Under the pieces are notes generated by a model. The model was not told the DNA's origin, did no database searches, and worked only from the letters and a program-made list of their open reading frames with translations. From positions 14,012,001-14,076,000 of the forward strand of contig OZ024749.1 of assembly GCA_964016885.1 (NCBI GenBank): DNA of 64,000 nt, read 5' to 3'. Source of the stretch: Eledone cirrhosa. Lineage: Eukaryota. This document shows positions 57,105 to 64,000 of this stretch, piece after piece. The stretch's first letter is position 1, and each line of letters begins with the position of its first letter. The position numbers and the translations under genes are program-made.

Positions 57105-57507
57105 GCAGTAATACAGAAGACCCAACTTACCTAAGTGCAAAGTGAAACATACAGTCAGTAGGCACCTCTTACCAAAATATACCCCCACCCCATCCACACC
57201 ACTCCCTTTTCGATGTAAAGTTATGTTGGTACCACAACATCCAGTACTAAATAAATGAGGTCGTGTAGGTATCACGACAAAATAACACACAGTCCACGCT
57301 GTAATGTGGCCGTGTAGGTAACATGGTAAAAACCTCCCAGTCCACACTGTAAACGTGGTTAGTGTTAGGAAGGGCATCCAGTCGTAGAAAACCTGCCAGA
57401 CAGTCCTATACGAGCAAGACAACCAATCTCGCCTCAAGTGGGAAAATTCCCGTCCAAACCCATGCTAGCGTGGAAGATGGACGTTAAACGATGATGATGA
57501 TGATGAT
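57105..57507 (+). mobile_element. SINE-B subfamily copy; paralogue at 62730-63130, reverse copy at ~60395-60620
   Basis: Shared AGTAATACAGAAGACCC...CAGTCAGTAGGCACCTCTTA and tail AACCCATGCTAGCGTGGAA..GGACGTTAAACG(ATG)n. Confidence 0.78.
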
Positions 57508-57692
57508 ACATACAATGTGGTTGAGAATCAGCATGCAGGAGTTTTAACGAAAAGACAATTTTACTTATTAACAAATGTTTTGATAATCCAATACGGAGAA
57601 AGCAGGCAAGACATCAATTATTTAACATTTATTTTTGTACATGTTATAAAGATTCAGGTGCGCTTTTTAAGCCCTTTTTAAATCATTTTCCT

Positions 57693-57723
<31 letters not shown>

Positions 57724-57761
57724 TCTTTTACTCTTTTACCTGTTCCAGTCACCCGGCTGAG

Positions 57762-57801
<40 letters not shown>

Positions 57802-58240
57802 TTTTATTTGTACTTCTTTTTATTATATAATTCTATTATACACATTTCAAAGATGTCAGAGTGGTTTCATAATAACCTTCTGACGTGTTCTCATCAGATA
57901 GTTTAAGATGTGTATTTTTTTAGTTTTTGATATGCTATCGATTTATCGTAGTGTTTAGATCGCTGTCCAGTAAACATATGAATATTATCACTATTCTAGT
58001 AGTCGTATAGGTAGCGGGAGGCTAAATTATTGCTGGTATCCCAGTGATTGTAATTTGTGATATGCTATCGATTTATTAAGTATATATATATATATATATA
58101 TCCTTAATAAATTGTATAGCCATGTCAGTAGAATGAACACTTCATTCTTGTTCTTGTGTTGGCATGCGAACTGCAGACACTAATGACATGGCTATGAAAT
58201 TGAGGCTTGTTTGCATAATTGCAAACAAATCGAATGTTAT

Positions 58241-58425
58241 TGGATTGGCAGTATCGGTAGAGGGTCGGACGCCATGCTTTCCAGTATAGTTACGTCCCTT
58301 TACGATCTAAGTTCAAATCCCACCGAGGTTGACTTTGCCTTTCATCCTTACGGGGTCGATAAAATAAAGTACCAGTAATGCACTGGGTAATTGCTGTCCT
58401 TGTGCCTAAAGTAGAAACAATTATT
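58241..58425 (+). mobile_element. SINE-A
   Basis: A/B boxes, core and tail. Confidence 0.88.
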
Positions 58426-58482
58426 AATATTCGAAAAACTCAGATTACATTTACTGTATTCAGCCATGTAGAGCGAAATTTT

Positions 58483-58515
<33 letters not shown>

Positions 58516-58743
58516 CGTCTGTATACATATATGTATGTACGTATACACACATACATACTTACATTTAAGTAAGTGCCGTACTAAGAGTGAGAAATGAAAT
58601 TTCGTTTCATTCTATTCCATTTATCGTTTTTGGTGCGCCCAGCCGACTGAACTCACTCGATATGCAAATTAGGCTGCTCAGCCGTCAATATGCATAAGGA
58701 AAGTATATACTTTCAGACGTTCAACCATCTGGCAGGAAGGTAT

Positions 58744-58786
58744 ACGATGCTGACGATAGCTAATAAGCTTGAAACTAGTACATCGT
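58744..58786 (+). ncRNA. Minimal type I hammerhead ribozyme, copy 1
   Basis: ACGAUG-CUGACGA-U-AGCU(AAUA)AGCU-U-GAAA-CUAG-UA|CAUCGU; 6-bp stem I, palindromic stem III ACUAGU, GUA triplet; predicted cut after 58780. Confidence 0.82.
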
Positions 58787-59189
58787 TCCTGTGTCAGTGT
58801 TGAACAAAAAGGTGACGTGGTTGCCTAAACACTGTACGGCGTAATTCGGGCTGTTTGTTTGTTTACAAACAAACAAACCGAGCATTATAATAAATGTTCG
58901 GTAAACCGATACGTGCATATATATATGTGTGCATGTATGTATATATATACATACTACTGTACGTCTGTATACATATATGTATGTACGTATACACACATAC
59001 ATACTTACATTTAAGTAAGTGCCGTACTAAGAGTGAGAAATGAAATTTCGTTTCATTCTATTCCATTTATCGTTTTTGGTGCGCCCAGCCGACTGAACTC
59101 ACTCGATATGCAAATTAGGCTGCTCAGCCGTCAATATGCATAAGGAAAGTATATACTTTCAGACGTTCAACCATCTGGCAGGAAGGTAT

Positions 59190-59232
59190 ACGATGCTGAC
59201 GATAGCTAATAAGCTTGAAACTAGTACATCGT
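59190..59232 (+). ncRNA. Minimal type I hammerhead ribozyme, copy 2
   Basis: Identical to copy 1; predicted cut after 59226. Confidence 0.82.
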
Positions 59233-59510
59233 TCCTGTGTCAGTGTTGAACAAAAAGGTGACGTGGTTGCCTAAACACTGTACGGCGTAATTCGGGCTGT
59301 TTGTTTGTTTACAAACAAACAAACCGAGCATTATAATAAATGTTCGGTAAACCGATACGTGCATATATATATGTGTGCATGTATGTATATATATACATAC
59401 TACTGTACGTCTGTATACATATATGTATGTACGTATACACACATACATACTTACATTTAAGTAAGTGCCGTACTAAGAGTGAGAAATGAAATTTCGTTTC
59501 ATTCTATCCC

Positions 59511-59564
<54 letters not shown>

Positions 59565-61024
59565 GACAAGGTGTTAATCAACTAGAGTTGTGTAATCCAC
59601 TCTCTAAGTCAAAAGGGATGTAAATGGATTAAATCATTCAATATGTACCATTCCAAATTCGTTTTGGTAGTCCAAGGTGCAATATACGATGCGAGGGCCA
59701 GCTGTATACATGCTGTATGCTGCCCCCCTATTGATAAACTATAGAAGTTGCTGGTCTTTATCTCTAAACATGGTATCTGATGATCTTGGGCCGATGGTTG
59801 CATGGTGATTGCATCACCTAATCATCAAGCCAGAAAAATATGTATAATAGCTCAGTGGAATAAATTTATGAAAAATTGCATATGGCCTTCACAATTATTT
59901 ACAATATATATCTATCTATATGTGTGTGTATATATATATGTGTGTATGTGTATGTGTGTGTGTGTATGTATATATGTATCTGCGTGTATGTATGTATGTA
60001 CGTATGTATAAGGGTGTGTATGTGTACGTATGCGTGTGTGTGTATATATGTAAAGAAAAGTAGTTGAAATGCAGCTAGAGCTTTGAAGAAAGTTTATTTA
60101 CAATAACCTACATTACTGGTTTCACGACTTCCAACAATTCTCAAAAAGTGACAAGAAAAGATGTGGAGATTTGCTGCAATTGTCTCTTATTTTCTGGAGA
60201 CAACATGTCTGAAATTACTAGCTGTTTAAGATACAATTTGATTGGTTGAGGACGATCACGTGATTAGGCATAGAATTTTGTTAGTTCTCCATTACATCGG
60301 TGTATTCCAAGGAAAAAAAAATCAAAAAAAACATGGCTCTGCAAGTTCAATATGTCAAGTTGGAGAATGAACACAATTTGTATGTTTGTATAATCATCAT
60401 CATGTCATCGTTTAACGTCTATTTCCCACGCTAGCATGGGTTAGACGAGTTGTCCGGTTGTGAGACAAGCCAGGCCAAATGACCGTCTCTTGCTCATACA
60501 GAACTGATTTTGGCTTTGTTTCTATGGTTTGATGCTCTTCCTAATGCCAACCATATTTACAGTGTGCCCTATAGTAGCACCAAAATGACCACTTTACATT
60601 GTGGACTGTGCAGTTTTTGTTGTATGTGGGCAGAAATGAAGGTGAATAGTCAGTCATTAGAACGTCAGATAGAGTGATTTGTGGTTGTCATTTCGGTTCT
60701 CTGCTCGATGAATTCAAATTCACACACACACACACACACATAAATATATAGACTTTGCCGTTCATCCATTTGAGATCGATAAAAAAAAACGTACCAGTGC
60801 TGTACTGGTGTTGATTCTTCCTCTATATCTCTTTCACACTTCTATTCTCTCACTCTCTCATTCTCTGGAAGAAATCTGCTGTATTCCGACGTGGAGAAGG
60901 GCTGGGCTCCGGTGGGTTTAGAAATGTCCAAGAAAGGCTGTATGTCAATACATGTCCCCCACGACTCCCCTCAGGATTTACAATACAATAAAAAGATGTA
61001 GGCATAACATTTGTTCTCTGTTAC

Positions 61025-61290
61025 ACTTACAGACACACACACACATATATGTATACTCACTTCTACAGACACACACACACATATATGTATACTCACCTCT
61101 ACAGACACACACACACACACATATATGTATACCCACCTCTACAGACACACACATATATGTATACCCACCTCTACAGACACACACACATATATGTATACCC
61201 ACCTCTACAGACACACACACATATATGTATACTCACCTCTACAGACACACACACACATATATGTATACTCACCTCTACAGATACACACAT
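61025..61290. repeat. ~30-35-bp minisatellite (ATATATGTATACTCACCTCTACAGACACACAC)
   Basis: Visible. Confidence 0.8.
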
Positions 61291-61621
61291 ACGCATACAC
61301 ACATATATACTCTTGTACACACTCACATGCACACACATATATGTATACTGACACACATCCATATACATACACACACGCGCAAATATACATATGCACATAT
61401 ATATATACTGTATATATATACACTCATACAAACACATACAATTTGTTCTCTACTACACATATAGACACACACATACACACACATATACACACATACACAT
61501 ATATATCTATATATATAGATATATATATATGTGTGTGTCACATGAATACATCAATTTCACATATATATATACATAACATATTTATATATATAATATATAT
61601 ATATATATATAAGTTGTAATA

Positions 61622-61725
61622 AAATGAAAACGAAATTTCATTTCTCACTCTTAGTACGGCACTTACTTAAATGTAAGTATGTATGTATACGTACATACAT
61701 ATATGTATACAGACGTACAGTAGCA

Positions 61726-61799
<74 letters not shown>

Positions 61800-62143
61800 T
61801 ATATACATACATATATGTACGTATCAGTTTAGCGGACGCTTATTATAACGCCCGCTTTGTTCGTTTGTAAACAAACTGAACAGCCTGAATTTATGCCGTA
61901 CGGTGTTAAGGCAACCACGTCACCTTTTTGTTCAACACTGACACAGGAACGATGTAGCTAACAAGCTTGAAACTAGTACATCATTCCTGTGTCAGTGTTG
62001 AACAAAAAGGTGACGTGGTTGCCTTAACACCGTACGGCATAAATTCAGGCTGTTCAGTTTGTTTACAAACGAACAAAGCGGGCGTTATAATAAGCGTCCG
62101 CTAAACTGATACGTACATATATGTATGTGTACCTGTATGTATG

Positions 62144-62214
<71 letters not shown>

Positions 62215-62264
62215 TGCTACTGTACGTCTGTATACATATATGTATGTACGTATACATACATACT

Positions 62265-62269
<5 letters not shown>
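61622..62269. mobile_element. Head-to-head inverted pair of the 446-bp hammerhead repeat family
   Basis: Left arm is the reverse complement of the post-cleavage sequence; centre TAGCTAACAAGCTTGAAACTAGTA is stem II to cleavage site. Confidence 0.82.
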
Positions 62270-62305
<36 letters not shown>

Positions 62306-62395
62306 TACAATCCCTAAACTATATATATAAATGAAGTATTTCCGTAGGAAAGGTAAAGGAAAAGAGAGTGCTCTATGTAGGCTACAGAGCTTTTT

Positions 62396-62518
62396 TAGTT
62401 ATGTAATAAACAACATAAGATAATTAATTCATTTACCAGTGGTTTCTTGAAGACAGATATAAATATATCTTCAAGAAACCCTGCTAGATGAATTAATTAT
62501 CTTATGTTGTTTATTACA

Positions 62519-62524
<6 letters not shown>
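62396..62524. repeat. Imperfect ~58-bp inverted repeat with a hammerhead-like 3' half
   Basis: Left arm on the minus strand reads ..TCTTCAA-GAAA-CCACTGG-TA-AATG. Confidence 0.7.
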
Positions 62525-62565
<41 letters not shown>

Positions 62566-62644
62566 TCATCATCGTTTAACGTCCATCTTCCACGCTTGTA
62601 TGGGTTTATATATAAGTGGTAACACAACGGTTAGTTCACCATAC

Positions 62645-62682
62645 CGAGAACAATTGTTTCACCTTAGCGGATCTTCAGCTCG
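62645..62682 (-). ncRNA. Minimal type I hammerhead motif
   Basis: Minus: CGAG-CUGAAGA-U-CC(GCUAA)GG-U-GAAA-CAAUUG-UU|CUCG; palindromic stem III ACAAUUGU. Confidence 0.62.
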
Positions 62683-63157
62683 TAATGGACATGGTTATAC
62701 GGAACAGGATATATATATATATATCATTCCAGTAATACAGAAGACCCGCCTTGCCTATGTACAAAGCGAAACCCACAGTCAGTAGGCACCTCTTAACCAA
62801 AAATACACCCCAATCTACCACCCCTACCCTATCCTCCAACTCCCACCAACAGCACCAGAAAATGAGATCGAGTTCGTGTAGGTGTCATAACAAAAGACAC
62901 ACACAATCCACGCTGTAATGTGGTCGTGTAGGTAACACGGTAAAAAGTTCCCAGTTCCACACTGTAAATGTGGTTGGTGTTAGGAAGGGCATCCAGCCGT
63001 AGAAAACCTGCCAGATGGTCCTATATGAGCGAGACATGGTCACCCGACCAACCTTGCCTCAGGTGGGACAGCTCCCGTCTAACCCATGCTAGCGTGGAAA
63101 GTGGACGTTAAACGAAGATGATGATGATGATATATATATATATACACATATATATAT

Positions 63158-63338
63158 ATAATTGTTTCTACATTTGGCACAAGACCAGCAATTATCCCAG
63201 TGTATTACTGGTACTTTATTTTATCGACCCCGTAAGGATGAAAGGCAAAGTTAACCTCGGTGGGATTTGAACGCAATCCGTAAAGGGACGTAACTGTGCT
63301 GCAAAGCATGGCGTCCGACCCTCTACCGATACTGCCAA
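63158..63338 (-). mobile_element. SINE-A
   Basis: Same as the other young copies. Confidence 0.88.
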
Positions 63339-63607
63339 GTATATAATGCATACAACACAGTGCCAATTTTGGGTCATCACATTTAAATGTCCCCTGAGGG
63401 TGGGGGGACTGGAGTTGTAATGTTTACATTCAGACAAGATATATAATCCTTTGGTCACCATAATAGGGATAATACAAGCCCCCGCCCCGGGGAAGGGAAT
63501 ATGGAGGGGGGGAGGGATCTGACAGTTAGCTCAATTTTGGCAGTAAGCTTTTTTATTGTTGTTGTTAGTATCAGGTGGCGGAAGGGAGGTTGTATAGGTG
63601 TCCTTTT

Positions 63608-64000
63608 TACACTACTACTATTACTACTACTACTACAGCTACAACCAGTACTGCTGCTACTACTACTACTACTACTATTACTACTACCACAGCTGTTGTC
63701 ACTACTACTACTAGTAGTACTACTAATACTATAGCTACTCAACTATTACTACTATCAGCACCACCACTAATAGTACTATTTCAGCTACAACCACCATCAC
63801 TACCACCTCCACTACCACCCCCACTACTACCTCCATCACTACCACCTCCACTACCACCTCCACTACCACCACCACTACCACCACCACTACCACCACCACT
63901 ACCACCCCCACTACGACCTCCACTACCACCCCCACTACGACCTCCACTACCACCCCCACTACGACCTCCACTACCACCTCCACTACCACCTCCACTACCA
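63608..64000. repeat. (ACT)n/(ACC)n microsatellite running off the window
   Basis: Visible. Confidence 0.9.

Larger units (their letters stand above)
58514..59516 (+). mobile_element. 446-bp non-coding tandem repeat (~2.25 copies) with one hammerhead per full unit; retrozyme/Penelope pLTR-like
   Basis: Units start at 58514, 58960 and 59406; flanked by (TA)n on both sides. Confidence 0.8.

Overview
AT-rich, microsatellite-dense animal genomic DNA. The repeat repertoire resembles octopus/cephalopod DNA (inference, not verified). I found no host protein-coding exon, tRNA/rRNA gene or CRISPR array. Almost all ORFs in the track are translations of simple repeats, so the window is probably intergenic or intronic. 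It is a transposable-element graveyard with tRNA-derived SINEs, RTE and CR1 LINE 3' fragments, a deleted mariner with ~103-bp TIRs, pogo/Tc1/hAT/piggyBac-like MITEs and two non-autonomous Helitrons. Two observations stand out. (1) There are several minimal type I hammerhead ribozyme motifs. Two apparently identical ones lie 446 bp apart in a non-coding tandem repeat (retrozyme/Penelope pLTR-like), and fold-back inverted repeats have junctions at or next to the predicted cleavage site. (2) The three largest satellite arrays (23, 60 and 61 bp units) each grew from a short segment inside a TE whose flanks are still present. Coordinates and copy numbers were counted by eye.
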